A stretch of DNA of 59,306 bases. It comes from Eubacteriales bacterium (lineage in GTDB: Bacteria > Bacillota > Clostridia > Monoglobales > UMGS1388). A model generated the notes under the pieces. That model was not told where the DNA came from. It was given only the letters and a program-made list of their open reading frames with translations, and searched no databases. Below are positions 1-10,581 of this stretch, one piece after another; position 1 is the first letter of the stretch; the number at the start of each line of letters is the position of its first letter. A program made the translations under genes and the position numbers. The DNA is taken from contig JAQVYH010000002.1 in the NCBI GenBank assembly GCA_029004515.1, forward strand, positions 1 through 59,306, in the 5' to 3' direction.

Positions 1-353
1 TGAATGCTTTCCGTCCTCTTACAAGAATCCCTGCATATAGTGGTGCAAAGGCTGCTATTTCTAACTTTACACAGTGGCTTGCAGTTCACTTTGCTCCAGC
101 TAACATCAGAGTAAACGCTATTGCTCCTGGATTCTTCATTACAGACCAGAACAGAAATATGCTTATTCAGCCTGACGGTAGCTATTCAGCTCGTGCTGAA
201 AAGATTGTTACTCATACACCAATGCGTCGTTTCGGTGAGGCCGAGGAGCTTAACGGAACACTTCTCTGGCTCCTTGATAACAATGCAAGTGGCTTTGTAA
301 ACGGTGTTGTAGTTCCTGTTGACGGTGGCTTTGCTGCATATTCAGGTGTATAA
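1..353 (+). CDS. SDR-family oxidoreductase, C-terminal fragment (5' end lies outside the window)
   Basis: Frame 3 is open from the window edge. The translation contains YSGAKAAI (the YxxxK catalytic motif), NAIAPGFF and a PVDGGF C-terminus, all typical of short-chain dehydrogenases. A hairpin plus T-run follows. Confidence 0.85.
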   Translation, partial: NAFRPLTRIPAYSGAKAAISNFTQWLAVHFAPANIRVNAIAPGFFITDQNRNMLIQPDGSYSARAEKIVTHTPMRRFGEAEELNGTLLWLLDNNASGFVNGVVVPVDGGFAAYSGV

Positions 354-370
354 TTAACTTAAGTGCTTAA

Positions 371-401
371 GGGGAACGGTCTTTCTGACCGTTCCTTTTT
401 T
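371..401 (+). terminator. Intrinsic terminator after the SDR gene
   Basis: GGGGAACGGTC-tttc-tGACCGTTCC stem followed by TTTTTT. Confidence 0.75.
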
Positions 402-404
402 AAG

Positions 405-433
405 TTGCAAAAATTTGTAGAATGCTGTATAAT
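405..433 (+). promoter_or_regulatory. Sigma-70-like promoter of the ABC transporter gene
   Basis: TTGCAA, a 17-nt spacer, then TATAAT. It lies about 20 nt upstream of the GAGGTG RBS and the ATG at 454. Confidence 0.55.
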
Positions 434-453
434 GTTTATTTGAGGTGAACTTC

Positions 454-2184
454 ATGAAATTATTCATTCGAATACTTAAATCGGGGAAAAAGTATTGGGG
501 ATATATATTTGCTACACTTGTTTCAATGGTGCTTCTGACAGGACTTCAGCTTGTAGCACCTAATTTAATAAAGAATTTTATTACTCTTGTTTCAAATAAT
601 GACCCACAACTTGGCAATAAGGCTTTCAAGATTGCAATTGTACTTTGCTGTACATATCTTGGTCAATGGGTGCTTGGTTTTTGTAAGTCTTATCTTTCAC
701 ATCTTGCTGCATGGAGCTTTGTCTCAGAGCTTCGTGTTAAGGCATATAATAAGCTTCAACATCTTTCCATCGGCTATTATCACGATAAGCAGACAGGACA
801 GATTATTTCTCGTGTGGCAAATGATACAGCGGAGCTTGAAACTCTCATTGCTCATGCAGTGCCTGATATGATTGTAAGCATCCTAACGCTAATGGGCGTT
901 GTGACAATATTATTGTTTATTAATATAAGTCTTACATTATATACCTTTATCACGATGCCGTTGTTTATCTATCTTGCGGTGAAGTTCGCCACTAAGGTTC
1001 GTCCGCAGTTCAAGCAGTCACATCAGATAAGGGGCGAATTTTACGCACTTCTTAATGATAATATCTCTGGTATGCGTGAAATTCAGGTTTTTAATAAGCA
1101 GGAGTATGAGCATTCACAGGTTAAGAAAAAGTCAAAGGAGCATATAGGCTTTCTTCTAGGAGCATTAAGACTCTCTGCATTTTTCCACCCCACAATGAAT
1201 TTTGTTGCACAGGTTGGTACAGCAATTGTTGTTGGTGTTGGTGGATATCTCGCATCTCAAGGTAGTATTGATGTTGCAGAGATTGTGGCGTTTATGCTAT
1301 ATATCAATATGTTCTATCAGCCAATCCAGACCCTTGCACGACTTAACGAGGATTTGCAGAATTCCCTTGCGGCGGCGCAGAGAGTTTTTGAACTTATTGA
1401 CTCTAAATCAGAGGTAGAAGAAAAAGAAAATGCAATTGTTCTTCCCCGCACAACGGGTCATATTAAGTTTGATAAGGTGATGTTTAGTTATGTTGATGAC
1501 ATTCCTGTTATCAAACATCTTGACCTAGATATTAAACCAGGTGAGATGATTGCATTTGTAGGCGAAACAGGTGTTGGTAAAACAACTATTGCAAGTCTTA
1601 TAAATCGCTTCTATGATCCCGTTGCTGGCGAGATAACACTTGATGGTATCAACATAAAGGATGTTACCTTAAAATCTCTTAGAGACAATATTAGTATGGT
1701 GATGCAGGATATATTCCTGTTTAATGGCAGTGTTGCTGATAATATCGGCTATGGTGCAGAGAATAGCACTATGGATGAAATTATCGAGGCGGCAAAGAAG
1801 GCAAACGCCCATGAGTTTATATTAAAACTTGAAAATGGCTATGATACCGTCATTGGTGAGAGAGGAGTTAAGCTCTCCGGTGGACAGAAACAGCGTCTTG
1901 CCATCGCCAGAGCGATTCTTCGAGATACACCGATTCTTATCCTTGACGAGGCAACATCAGCGGTTGATATGGGAACAGAACGACTTATCCATCAGGCAAT
2001 CGATGCGGTTGCAAAGAACAGAACAACTATTGTTATTGCCCATCGCCTTGCAACAGTTAAGAATGCAGATAAGATTATCGTCCTTGAAAAAGGTGAGGTT
2101 ATAGAAAATGGAACTCACGATGAACTAATAAAATTAGGCGGTGCGTACAGCAGATTCTGTCAGATGCAGTTTATGGCAGAATAG
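454..2184 (+). CDS. ABC transporter, fused permease/ATP-binding protein (MsbA/exporter type)
   Basis: N-terminal six-TM region; Walker A GETGVGKTT, signature LSGGQKQR, Walker B ILILDEATSAVD. I prefer the ATG at 454 (RBS GAGGTG) over the GTG at 445, which lies inside the RBS. Confidence 0.9.
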   Translation: MKLFIRILKSGKKYWGYIFATLVSMVLLTGLQLVAPNLIKNFITLVSNNDPQLGNKAFKIAIVLCCTYLGQWVLGFCKSYLSHLAAWSFVSELRVKAYNKLQHLSIGYYHDKQTGQIISRVANDTAELETLIAHAVPDMIVSILTLMGVVTILLFINISLTLYTFITMPLFIYLAVKFATKVRPQFKQSHQIRGEFYALLNDNISGMREIQVFNKQEYEHSQVKKKSKEHIGFLLGALRLSAFFHPTMNFVAQVGTAIVVGVGGYLASQGSIDVAEIVAFMLYINMFYQPIQTLARLNEDLQNSLAAAQRVFELIDSKSEVEEKENAIVLPRTTGHIKFDKVMFSYVDDIPVIKHLDLDIKPGEMIAFVGETGVGKTTIASLINRFYDPVAGEITLDGINIKDVTLKSLRDNISMVMQDIFLFNGSVADNIGYGAENSTMDEIIEAAKKANAHEFILKLENGYDTVIGERGVKLSGGQKQRLAIARAILRDTPILILDEATSAVDMGTERLIHQAIDAVAKNRTTIVIAHRLATVKNADKIIVLEKGEVIENGTHDELIKLGGAYSRFCQMQFMAE

Positions 2185-2200
2185 AAAGGAAATATAAAAT

Positions 2201-3046
2201 ATGAAGCTTACAAATCCTGAAGTAATACACAGCATAATGAGCAAAAGTGGGATAAAATTCAAAAAGGGTCTTGGACAGAACTTTTTAATAGATGATTCTG
2301 TTCTGGAGGATATTGTAGTGGGTTCTGAAATTACCGAGAACACAGCCGTTATTGAGGTTGGTCCTGGTATCGGTTGTCTTACTCAAGCTCTTGCAGAAAA
2401 GGCAGGAAAGGTCGTTAGCATAGAGATTGACAGAGGTCTTGTGCCACTTTTAAACAGTCTTTTCGTCGCATACAACAATGTAGAAATAATAGAGGGAGAT
2501 ATCCTTAAAACAGATTTAATACCCCTTATAGAATCCTTTGGTGATATGGAGGTACGAGTAGCCGCGAATCTCCCATATTACATTACAACACCGATTATTA
2601 TGAAATTACTCGAAGAGGATTTGCCAATTCGATCAATAACTGTTATGGTGCAAAAGGAAGTTGCAGAAAGAATCGTTGCAAAGCCCGGTGGAAAGGAATA
2701 TGGAGCATTGTCTGTTGCCGTTCAGTACTACAGTGATGCACAGATTATAAGAGTGGTTTCTTCAGAGTGTTTTATGCCTCCACCAAAGGTTGATTCCGCC
2801 GTCGTCAAGATGGTTATCGGCAAAAAGGATTTAGGCGTTGATGAGAAGAAATTCTTCCGTCTTGTAAAGGCGGCATTCGCACAGCGAAGAAAGACTCTTA
2901 TTAATTCAATTTCAGGAAGTAACTTCTATAAGATGGATAAAGCTCAACTAAAAGAGGCGATTGAAAGTATTGGTCTTAATGAAAAGGTAAGAGGAGAGGT
3001 GCTTTCCCTGGAGCAGTTCGCACAACTGGCAAATATTGTAGAATAA
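2201..3046 (+). CDS. rsmA: 16S rRNA (adenine1518/1519-N6)-dimethyltransferase
   Basis: KKGLGQNFL, VIEVGPGIG SAM-binding motif and NLPYYITTPI, typical of KsgA/RsmA. Confidence 0.95.
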   Translation: MKLTNPEVIHSIMSKSGIKFKKGLGQNFLIDDSVLEDIVVGSEITENTAVIEVGPGIGCLTQALAEKAGKVVSIEIDRGLVPLLNSLFVAYNNVEIIEGDILKTDLIPLIESFGDMEVRVAANLPYYITTPIIMKLLEEDLPIRSITVMVQKEVAERIVAKPGGKEYGALSVAVQYYSDAQIIRVVSSECFMPPPKVDSAVVKMVIGKKDLGVDEKKFFRLVKAAFAQRRKTLINSISGSNFYKMDKAQLKEAIESIGLNEKVRGEVLSLEQFAQLANIVE

Positions 3047-3051
3047 AAAAT

Positions 3052-3098
3052 CCTCCTATGGTAGTTTTTTAAATTCTACCATAGGAGGTCTCTTTTTT
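3052..3098. terminator. Bidirectional terminator hairpin between convergent rsmA and the transglutaminase-like gene
   Basis: CCTCCTATGGTAG / CTACCATAGGAGG 13-bp stem, with A-run upstream and T-run downstream. Confidence 0.8.
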
Positions 3099-3159
3099 AT
3101 CTATTGTCCGTTATTACTGGACTTGTTCATTAATGGGAAACCATTTTATATTCTAAAAC

Positions 3160-4629
3160 TTAAAATTCAATTGGACTGCGCATCAAGTCATTGGAATTCA
3201 TATCCCACATAAGGATTTTTCCATACTCAACACCATCAGGTAAATCAGACTCAATATTTAAAGTCTTTGTTCCATTTGCTGAAATAGCCAACTCTTTTGC
3301 TCCACAGTAAAGGAGAACATAATCTTCGTCGTAGAAAGCAACAATTACAGTTCCTGTTTGAGGAATATTACAGTTGTTTTCAAATGTGATATAGAGGTTG
3401 TTTGCGTTATTTTTATCTGCAATGTGAGCAACCTTGTCAACAATATTAAATGGTTTGTATGAGAATACATCGTCATTATTCATAACAGCCATATCATATT
3501 CCGACTTGTCAATATATTCAAATTCTGTGCCGGAAAAATTGGTTTTGCAATATACATCGTGTTCTGGGACATAAATTTTAGTGTAGAATAGCCCGTCTCC
3601 ATCACTATATTTATATGGGAACCAAGAATAATAAGAACCATAGCTTGTTGTTGGTGTAATAGGGACCTTTTTACCTACAACATCTGTAAATGGATAGCCA
3701 TTTTCATATTTAGTATCTGTGCATACTACATCGGTGGTCCAGTCTTTGTGATTTTTGGTTAACATGTTTGCGTCACTTAAAAGAAAGTGCTTGTGTTGAG
3801 AAAGCTTCATATCATTAAGTGGACTACCCGCTCCATAGCTAGGATCATCCCAAGTAATATCTACATGATACCATTTTCCATCAAGCTGTACTAAGCTCCA
3901 TGCATGACCCATGCCACCTATTATGTTGTTATTTGTATCATAGATATATGGACTGGCACAGAACTTTGTTTTGATGCCCACCAGGGACAAAAGGTAGTTG
4001 TAGGCAAGGGTATAGCTTTGACATACACCTATCTTATCAACTATTATACCATAAGCAGTAAAGTCATTGTCTACATTAGTTCCATAGTTATATTCACATT
4101 CACTAGCAATATAATCATGAAGACTAAGTGCAATTTCCTCGTCCGTCATTCCTTCATGGACAGCTTTGTTGAGCATTTCAGCAGCAGCAATTTCGAAAAT
4201 TTCCTTAGAATCCCTCGCATTAGCTGTGTATTCAGGTTGAATTGTCTTAATGATACCCGTATAGTTACTATAAGTAACGCCAAAAGAAGGAATTACATAA
4301 AACAAATCCGGATTGCCGTTAGCAACATCGCTAAAGGCTTGTATTAGCGCTCTAGTATCGGCCGCAACACTAACATTGTAGTTAAAAGATTCAATATCAA
4401 TTGATTCCTCTAAATTTACGAGACCATCATATATTGTGCTATAGATATCAGTCTCGCTTTGTAAAACTATCTCGGAAGGGAGATAAGTGTCTGATGATAT
4501 GAGTTTTCCTTCTGAAATAAGCTCGGCTTGTAATTTAACGGTATTATCCTGACCTTGTGCTAAAGCAGAAATTGAGAATGTTGAGATAATTAGTACTATT
4601 GTGAGAATAGATAAGAGCATTTTTTTCAT
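3160..4629 (-). CDS. Secreted transglutaminase-like (cysteine protease core) domain protein
   Basis: N-terminal signal peptide (MKKMLLSILTIVLIISTFSISALA). GVCQSY...GHAWSLV...HVDITWDD matches the Cys-His-Asp transglutaminase-like core. Confidence 0.75.
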   Translation of the reverse strand: MKKMLLSILTIVLIISTFSISALAQGQDNTVKLQAELISEGKLISSDTYLPSEIVLQSETDIYSTIYDGLVNLEESIDIESFNYNVSVAADTRALIQAFSDVANGNPDLFYVIPSFGVTYSNYTGIIKTIQPEYTANARDSKEIFEIAAAEMLNKAVHEGMTDEEIALSLHDYIASECEYNYGTNVDNDFTAYGIIVDKIGVCQSYTLAYNYLLSLVGIKTKFCASPYIYDTNNNIIGGMGHAWSLVQLDGKWYHVDITWDDPSYGAGSPLNDMKLSQHKHFLLSDANMLTKNHKDWTTDVVCTDTKYENGYPFTDVVGKKVPITPTTSYGSYYSWFPYKYSDGDGLFYTKIYVPEHDVYCKTNFSGTEFEYIDKSEYDMAVMNNDDVFSYKPFNIVDKVAHIADKNNANNLYITFENNCNIPQTGTVIVAFYDEDYVLLYCGAKELAISANGTKTLNIESDLPDGVEYGKILMWDMNSNDLMRSPIEF

Positions 4630-4819
4630 GTTAGCACCCCCTTTATGATATGATTATATATTTTATCATACAAAATGTCAATAATAACCTTTTGTATTAG
4701 AAATTTTTTGTTTAAAAAAGTTGGTTTTTTTTTCAAATGCTATTGAAATTTGATTTGTTTTGTGTTATGATATTGCTATCGTGTCTCAGATAAATACGAT
4801 AATGCGGGAGGTGAGCAGG

Positions 4820-5083
4820 TTGCCTAATATTAAATCAGCTAAAAAGAGAGTTAAAGTTATAGCTAAGAAGACTATGGAAAATCAGATGATTAAGTCTCAG
4901 CTTAAGACTGTTATTAAGAAGTTTGAAGCAGCTGTTGCTGAAGGTGATAAAGCCAATGCAGCAGAACAGTATAAAGTTGTTGTTAAGAAGCTTGACCAGG
5001 CTTGTGCGAAGGGTACATTCCATAAGAATACCATCGCAAGAAGAAAGTCCCGTATGACTAAGCTTTTCAACAAGATGGCGTAA
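4820..5083 (+). CDS. rpsT: 30S ribosomal protein S20
   Basis: (M)PNIKSAKKRVKV... is a typical S20 N-terminus. TTG start at 4820, preceded by a GGGAGGTGAG RBS; the longer 4760 ORF start is unlikely. Confidence 0.92.
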   Translation: MPNIKSAKKRVKVIAKKTMENQMIKSQLKTVIKKFEAAVAEGDKANAAEQYKVVVKKLDQACAKGTFHKNTIARRKSRMTKLFNKMA

Positions 5084-5100
5084 CCTATTTATGCAAAATG

Positions 5101-5127
5101 AAGACCACTACAAGGTGGTCTTTTTTG
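5101..5127 (+). terminator. rpsT intrinsic terminator
   Basis: AAGACCAC...GTGGTCTT stem followed by TTTTT. Confidence 0.8.
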
Positions 5128-5132
5128 TTTTA

Positions 5133-5187
5133 TCTAAAAAAAAGAGGCTGTAGTCAACCCGATTATAAAAATCGTTTTGCTACAGCC
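5133..5187 (-). terminator. ftsH intrinsic terminator
   Basis: On the minus strand, a GGCTGTAG...CTACAGCC stem followed by TCTTTTTTTT. Confidence 0.65.
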
Positions 5188-5202
5188 CTTTCTTTGTTTG
5201 TA

Positions 5203-7134
5203 TTATTCTTCAGTTGTTGTTTCTTCAGTTGTTGTTTCTTCAGTTGTTGTTTCATTAATTGCTGTTTCTTCGATTGTTGTTTCATTAATTGTTGCTTCGT
5301 CTGAGGTTTCTTCAGTTAAGTCAACCTCTTTAGGCTTTTTACCGCTGAAAAGCTCCTCAAATTCTTCACCATTGATTGTTTCTCTTTCAAGTAGAAGCTC
5401 TGCAATTTCTGTAAGCTTTTCCATATTGTTACCTATAATCTCTGTGCAACGAGCATAAGCATCATCAATGATCCTCTTTATTTCTGAGTCAATCTTTGCG
5501 GCTACTGTTTCGCTGTAATCCCTTGTGTGACCATAATCTCTGCCTAGGAATACTTCGCTGCTACCTGTGCCGAATACGATTGTACCAAGCTCATCACTCA
5601 TACCATATTTGGTGACCATACCTTTTGCGATTTTTGTTGCTCTTTCAATATCATTTGATGCACCTGTTGAGATATCATCAAGGGCAAGACTTTCTGCAAC
5701 TCTACCACCAAGAAGAATGATGATTTGTTCGAGCATTTCTGTCTTAGCCGCATATGACTTATCCTCTGTAGGAAGAGAAAGGGTATATCCACCTGCTCTG
5801 CCTCTTGGGATAATAGATACCTGATGAACAGGGTCTTGACCTGGAATAAGCCTTGTAACAAGAGCGTGGCCTGCCTCGTGGAAGGCGGTAAGTTTTCTTT
5901 CCTTTACACTCATAACACGACTTTTTTTCTCAGGACCTGCGATAACCTTAATTATTGCATCGTCAAAATCCCTTTGCGTGATAGCTTTTGCATTTTTTCT
6001 TGCAGCAAGGAGTGCTGCTTCATTTGCAACATTTTCAAGGTCAGCACCAGTAAAGCCTGCTGTTGTTTTAGCGACTATTGAAAGATCTACATTGTCCAAA
6101 GGCTTTTTGGCTGTGTGGACCTTAAGTATTTCTTCTCTACCCTTAACATCAGGAACTCCTACAACTACCTGTCTATCAAATCTGCCAGGACGAAGGAGCG
6201 CTGGGTCAAGGATGTCAGGTCTGTTTGTTGCTGCGATAATAATAACGCCCTGATTAACTCCGAAACCGTCCATTTCTACAAGGAGCTGGTTAAGTGTCTG
6301 TTCTCTTTCATCATGTCCGCCACCAAGGCCGGCGCCTCTATGACGACCAACTGCATCAATTTCATCAATAAATACGATGGAAGGGGAGTTCTTTTTAGCC
6401 TGTTCAAAAAGGTCTCTTACTCTTGAAGCACCCACACCGACGAACATTTCAACAAAGTCCGAACCACTGATGCTGAAGAATGGAACACCAGCCTCACCTG
6501 CAATGGCTTTTGCAAGGAGCGTTTTACCTGTTCCCGGAGGGCCCACTAGGAGTACACCTCTTGGGATTCTTGCACCAAGTTCTGTGAATTGCTTGGGAGA
6601 TTTAAGAAACTCTACTATTTCCTTAAGTTCCTCTTTTTCTTCATCCGCACCTGCAACATCTGAAAATGTTACCTTCTTTGCATCGTCTGTTGCCATCTTT
6701 GCACGACTCTTGCCAAAGTTCATTGTACCTTTGCCGCCGCCCTGTGATTGGCGCATAAAGAAGTACCAGAAGACAACAAAAATGAGCACAAGACCGAGGG
6801 TAGGAAGCATTGATAGCCACCATGGCGGTTCTGTGGATGTAGTGTTGTATGTCTTGATCGTACCATCCTTGACCTGCTCCATAATTGTTTTTCCAAGGTT
6901 TTCATTGAAGATAGCAAGATTGATGGTAACGGTCATTTTAGTACCATCTTTAAGCTCTGCAGTAGCTTCATTGGCATCGGATACAGTAAGCTCTGATACG
7001 TTCTTTGCATTAATTTCATTTACCAAATCTGAATATACATATTCAGGGCCTGTCGGCATATTTGTCATAGCAAGGATAAACAAAATTATGAAGAACAGGA
7101 TAATGTAAAAGCTTAATCCTTTAAGTTGTTTCAT
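5203..7134 (-). CDS. ftsH: ATP-dependent zinc metalloprotease FtsH
   Basis: Two TM segments; AAA Walker [14 protein letters not shown], Walker [12 protein letters not shown] region, zinc site HEAGHA. Acidic Thr/Glu repeat tail. Confidence 0.97.
   Translation of the reverse strand: MKQLKGLSFYIILFFIILFILAMTNMPTGPEYVYSDLVNEINAKNVSELTVSDANEATAELKDGTKMTVTINLAIFNENLGKTIMEQVKDGTIKTYNTTSTEPPWWLSMLPTLGLVLIFVVFWYFFMRQSQGGGKGTMNFGKSRAKMATDDAKKVTFSDVAGADEEKEELKEIVEFLKSPKQFTELGARIPRGVLLVGPPGTGKTLLAKAIAGEAGVPFFSISGSDFVEMFVGVGASRVRDLFEQAKKNSPSIVFIDEIDAVGRHRGAGLGGGHDEREQTLNQLLVEMDGFGVNQGVIIIAATNRPDILDPALLRPGRFDRQVVVGVPDVKGREEILKVHTAKKPLDNVDLSIVAKTTAGFTGADLENVANEAALLAARKNAKAITQRDFDDAIIKVIAGPEKKSRVMSVKERKLTAFHEAGHALVTRLIPGQDPVHQVSIIPRGRAGGYTLSLPTEDKSYAAKTEMLEQIIILLGGRVAESLALDDISTGASNDIERATKIAKGMVTKYGMSDELGTIVFGTGSSEVFLGRDYGHTRDYSETVAAKIDSEIKRIIDDAYARCTEIIGNNMEKLTEIAELLLERETINGEEFEELFSGKKPKEVDLTEETSDEATINETTIEETAINETTTEETTTEETTTEE
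5206..5310 (-). repeat. 15-bp tandem repeat (7 units, the first 3 perfect) encoding the FtsH C-terminal TTTEE-type tail
   Basis: TTCTTCAGTTGTTGT x3 (5206-5250), followed by four diverged 15-bp units. The minus-strand translation is ...[35 protein letters not shown]. Confidence 0.9.
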
Positions 7135-7220
7135 ATAAATAAATTCCTTTCATGTGATAGAATGCAATCTATCTACCTATTGTAATTTATATCAATAATA
7201 TGAACTAAATGTGAACATTA

Positions 7221-7760
7221 TTATTTTTCGTACATTTCTCTTTTAAGAACACCTACATAGGGAAGATTTCTGTACTTTTCGTCATAATCCAATCCGTATC
7301 CGATAACAAACTCATCCGGTACATCGAATCCTATGTATTCAACATCAATTTCTGTTGTGCGCCTTGATGGTTTATTAAGTATTGTACAGATTTTAAGACT
7401 GGCAGGGTTTCTTAGGTTAAGCATATCCTTAAGGTTTGAAAGTGTGAATCCTGTGTCTACAATATCTTCAATAATAAGTACATCTTTACCGCTGATATCA
7501 ACATCCAAATCCTTTATAACACGAAGTCTGCCGCTTGAAACGGTTCCGTTGTTATAACTTGAAACACTCATAAAGTCGATGGCAAGGTCCTCAAGCTGTA
7601 TTAATCTGAAAAGGTCAGCCATAAAAGGAACGCTTCCTTTAAGTATACCAACTATAAGTAAAGGTTTATCCTTATAATCTTCAGTGATCTGCTGTGCTAG
7701 CTCACGAACTCTTTTGCTTAATGATTCTTCATCAATTAGTATTTTTTCAACGCCATTCAT
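7221..7760 (-). CDS. hpt: Hypoxanthine phosphoribosyltransferase
   Basis: PRPP-binding motif VLIIEDIVDTGFTL. Position between tilS and ftsH, as in other Firmicutes. Confidence 0.95.
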   Translation of the reverse strand: MNGVEKILIDEESLSKRVRELAQQITEDYKDKPLLIVGILKGSVPFMADLFRLIQLEDLAIDFMSVSSYNNGTVSSGRLRVIKDLDVDISGKDVLIIEDIVDTGFTLSNLKDMLNLRNPASLKICTILNKPSRRTTEIDVEYIGFDVPDEFVIGYGLDYDEKYRNLPYVGVLKREMYEK

Positions 7761-7787
7761 TTGTTTTGATTCCTTTCTGTTATCAGT

Positions 7788-8753
7788 TTAGTCTTTATGT
7801 TCTATTATAACCAATCCCTTTTTGATTTCCGCTGTGAACTTTCCTGGGATTTGAATAATTTTACCGCCATAATTTTTTTCGCAGGCAGAGATTACATTGT
7901 CGGTGTGAAGAAGTGCAACTGGGTGCTGCCATGTCATATCAATAGTTCTTCTTATAACTCGACGCTTTATAGCAAGTGGCAGTGCATTGAACCATTTAAG
8001 AGGGTATGCTTTGCCATTTCCATATTCCTGCCCGTATTCATTAATCAGATTATCAGTATATTCACACAAAAAGTCCTCCTCAGGAGTGATTACCTGGCAA
8101 GCTCTGCTTATTGCCTTTATGCCATCCCTCTCAATAATTGGAGGCATAACAATATGTCGGATTTCATTACGCTGGTAATCTGTTGTTGTATTGGTTTTAT
8201 CAAGACGAGGCTGAAGGTTGTATTTTAAGCAATACTGCTCAATCTCGCTTCTTTCGACTTCAATAAGTGGGCGGATAACCCTGCAACCATCAATCTCTGT
8301 TTTTGGACGGATGCCGGTAAGTCCTGCAAGACCCGAACCTCTGATAAGATGCATCATGAAGGATTCAGCATTGTCATTGCTATTGTGGGCAGTAGCCACA
8401 ACTCCACCTGTTTTGTCAGTTATTTCTTTAAAAAACTCATAACGCAGGAATCGTCCTGCGGTTTCGGTAGATAGCTTGTTTTCTTTTGCATAGATACCAA
8501 CCTCTATTTTTTTGCAAAACAGCTCTATTCCCATTTTATCGGTGAGGTGCTTAACATATTCCATATCATCGTCAGCTTCGTCTCGCAGACGATGATTAAG
8601 ATGTGCAGCCTGCACCTTGTAGCCAAGATTCCACAGGGAATGGAGTAGGCATACCGAGTCAAAACCACCCGATAGCGCCACAGTCACAAGCTCATTATTC
8701 CCAATCAGATTATATTTAATAATTGTATCTTTAATCTTATTGCGGGTCGTCAT
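7788..8753 (-). CDS. tilS: tRNA(Ile)-lysidine synthetase (short form, 321 aa)
   Basis: PP-loop motif VALSGGFDS. tilS-hpt-ftsH synteny. Overlaps the dnaB stop by 17 nt. Confidence 0.9.
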   Translation of the reverse strand: MTTRNKIKDTIIKYNLIGNNELVTVALSGGFDSVCLLHSLWNLGYKVQAAHLNHRLRDEADDDMEYVKHLTDKMGIELFCKKIEVGIYAKENKLSTETAGRFLRYEFFKEITDKTGGVVATAHNSNDNAESFMMHLIRGSGLAGLTGIRPKTEIDGCRVIRPLIEVERSEIEQYCLKYNLQPRLDKTNTTTDYQRNEIRHIVMPPIIERDGIKAISRACQVITPEEDFLCEYTDNLINEYGQEYGNGKAYPLKWFNALPLAIKRRVIRRTIDMTWQHPVALLHTDNVISACEKNYGGKIIQIPGKFTAEIKKGLVIIEHKD

Positions 8754-10083
8754 ATCTGGTCTCCAAATTACCGAATTTAGTGAATTGTGAACGCCACTTA
8801 AGCTCTACTTTGCCAAGCTCACCGTTACGATGCTTTGTGATAAGACATTCAGCGATTCCGGGTCTTTCAGTCTGCGGGTTGTAGTAATCCTCACGATAAA
8901 GCATAAGTACTACATCGGCGTCCTGCTCGATTGCACCCGATTCACGAAGGTCAGAAAGCATAGGTCTGTTACCAGTTGAAGAACGGGTTTCCGCTGCTCT
9001 GTTAAGCTGTGCAAGAGTGACAACAGGGACGTCAAGATCCTTTGCTAAAAGCTTAAGGCTTCTTGAAATTTCCGTGATTTCCTGCTGACGGTTACCGCCC
9101 CAGTTACCCGGTGCTTTCATAAGCTGCATATGGTCAATGATAATAAGTCCAAGACCCTTGTCTCTCTTAAGTCGACGGGTTTTAGCGCGAATATCTGTAA
9201 TGGTTGTTCCACCTGTATCGTCAATATATATAGGAAGGTCTTGTATTCTCTCGATTCCGTTTACAAGCTGAGTCCACTCTCTGTCTTCAAGCTTACCTGT
9301 CTGAATCTTTGAAGACTCAATGGCAGTTTCGGAGCTCCAGATTCTATTTACTAGTTCTTCCTTGGACATTTCAAGACTGAATATAGCAACAGGCTCATTT
9401 GTAGCTCGTGCAGCATTAACAGCCATATTAAGTGCGAAACTTGTCTTACCCATACTAGGACGGGCAGCTATGAGAATATAATTCTGTTTGTGAAGCCCTT
9501 TGAGGATTCTGTCAAGGTCGGTAAAGCCTGTTGGCATACCGATTATATCGTTAGGACTTGCTGAAAGCTCTGCAGCTCTGCTATAGTTAGCAGAAATTAC
9601 ATCGCCAATAACTGTAAATTCACGATTATCACGGTTTTCAAGAATTTCAAAAACCCTCTGTTCTGCAAGGTCAAGAAGATTTTTTGTCTCATCCTCACCT
9701 GCATAGCACTGCTTGCATACATCACTACACGCATCAATTAGTCGTCTTAAAACTGCTTTGTCAGTTACAATCTTTGCATAATGACGAAGATTACCTGAGG
9801 TAGAAGAAGCATTTGCAACCTCCACAAGGTATTCAAGACCAATGCTGTCAAAGCTGCCACGAAGCCTTAATTGTTCTGTAAGTGTTATGATATCAACAGG
9901 CTTATCAACGTTGAATAATTCTACAATAGCATCAAAAATCTCTGAATGAGCTGTGTGATAAAAATCCTTCGACGATACAAGCCTGATTGCATCACCTATT
10001 GCATCCTTATTAAGGAGCATAGCTGAAAGGACAGACTGTTCTGCAAGCTGGTTATATGGAATTGAACTTATTTTTTCTTCCAT
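8737..10083 (-). CDS. dnaB: Replicative DNA helicase
   Basis: N-terminal PYNQLAEQSVLSAML, Walker A ARPSMGKTSFALN and IIIDHMQLM, typical of DnaB-family helicases. Lies downstream of rplI. Confidence 0.96.
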   Translation of the reverse strand: MEEKISSIPYNQLAEQSVLSAMLLNKDAIGDAIRLVSSKDFYHTAHSEIFDAIVELFNVDKPVDIITLTEQLRLRGSFDSIGLEYLVEVANASSTSGNLRHYAKIVTDKAVLRRLIDACSDVCKQCYAGEDETKNLLDLAEQRVFEILENRDNREFTVIGDVISANYSRAAELSASPNDIIGMPTGFTDLDRILKGLHKQNYILIAARPSMGKTSFALNMAVNAARATNEPVAIFSLEMSKEELVNRIWSSETAIESSKIQTGKLEDREWTQLVNGIERIQDLPIYIDDTGGTTITDIRAKTRRLKRDKGLGLIIIDHMQLMKAPGNWGGNRQQEITEISRSLKLLAKDLDVPVVTLAQLNRAAETRSSTGNRPMLSDLRESGAIEQDADVVLMLYREDYYNPQTERPGIAECLITKHRNGELGKVELKWRSQFTKFGNLETRYDDPQ

Positions 10084-10089
10084 TTATAC

Positions 10090-10533
10090 TCAAACCTCAC
10101 TAATGATTACTTTGATACTTGTTGATACTTCTGGATGAAGCCATATGCCGATTATGTGTTCGCCAAGTGTCTTGATTGCGTCTGTTTCAATCCATCTTTT
10201 ATCAAGAGCGATGTTTGTCTGTTTTTTTAGTTCTTCTGCGATGTCCTTTGAGGTTACAGAGCCAAAAAGCTTGCCGTTTGCGCCAGACTTTGCCTTCATT
10301 GTAACAGTAACATCCTTAAGTCTTTGTGCAAGCTCCCTTGCAGTTTCAAGTTCAACTTGCTTTTTATGTGCGATTGCTGATTTTTGCTGATTAAGCTCAT
10401 TTATGTTTGATGAATTAGCCTCAACAGCAAGACCTTTCGGAAGAAGGAAGTTGCGTGCGTATCCATCTGCAACATTGATTGCATCGCCCTTTTTGCCAGA
10501 TCCCTTAACATCTTTCGTAAGAATTACTTTCAT
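10090..10533 (-). CDS. rplI: 50S ribosomal protein L9
   Basis: [17 protein letters not shown]...[13 protein letters not shown] is the canonical L9 N-terminus. Confidence 0.95.
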   Translation of the reverse strand: MKVILTKDVKGSGKKGDAINVADGYARNFLLPKGLAVEANSSNINELNQQKSAIAHKKQVELETARELAQRLKDVTVTMKAKSGANGKLFGSVTSKDIAEELKKQTNIALDKRWIETDAIKTLGEHIIGIWLHPEVSTSIKVIISEV

Positions 10534-10581
10534 TTTTACAACACCCTTTCTGGTTTTCGAGAAAATATAAGAGAGTATCTT

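Noticed and set aside
5098-5458. Cys/Phe-rich repeat peptides (CCFFSCCFF...) that could be mistaken for a lanthipeptide- or RiPP-like precursor.
   Set aside because: They are simply the antisense and out-of-frame readings of the 15-bp tandem repeat encoding the FtsH tail, plus the ftsH terminator. There is no RBS and no modification genes nearby.
5567-7108. Multiple plus-strand ORFs (e.g. 6377-7108, 243 aa; 5978-6253; 6115-6426) inside the ftsH locus.
   Set aside because: They are antisense shadow ORFs of a strongly supported ftsH CDS. Their translations are low-complexity Ser/Pro/Thr-rich with no motifs.
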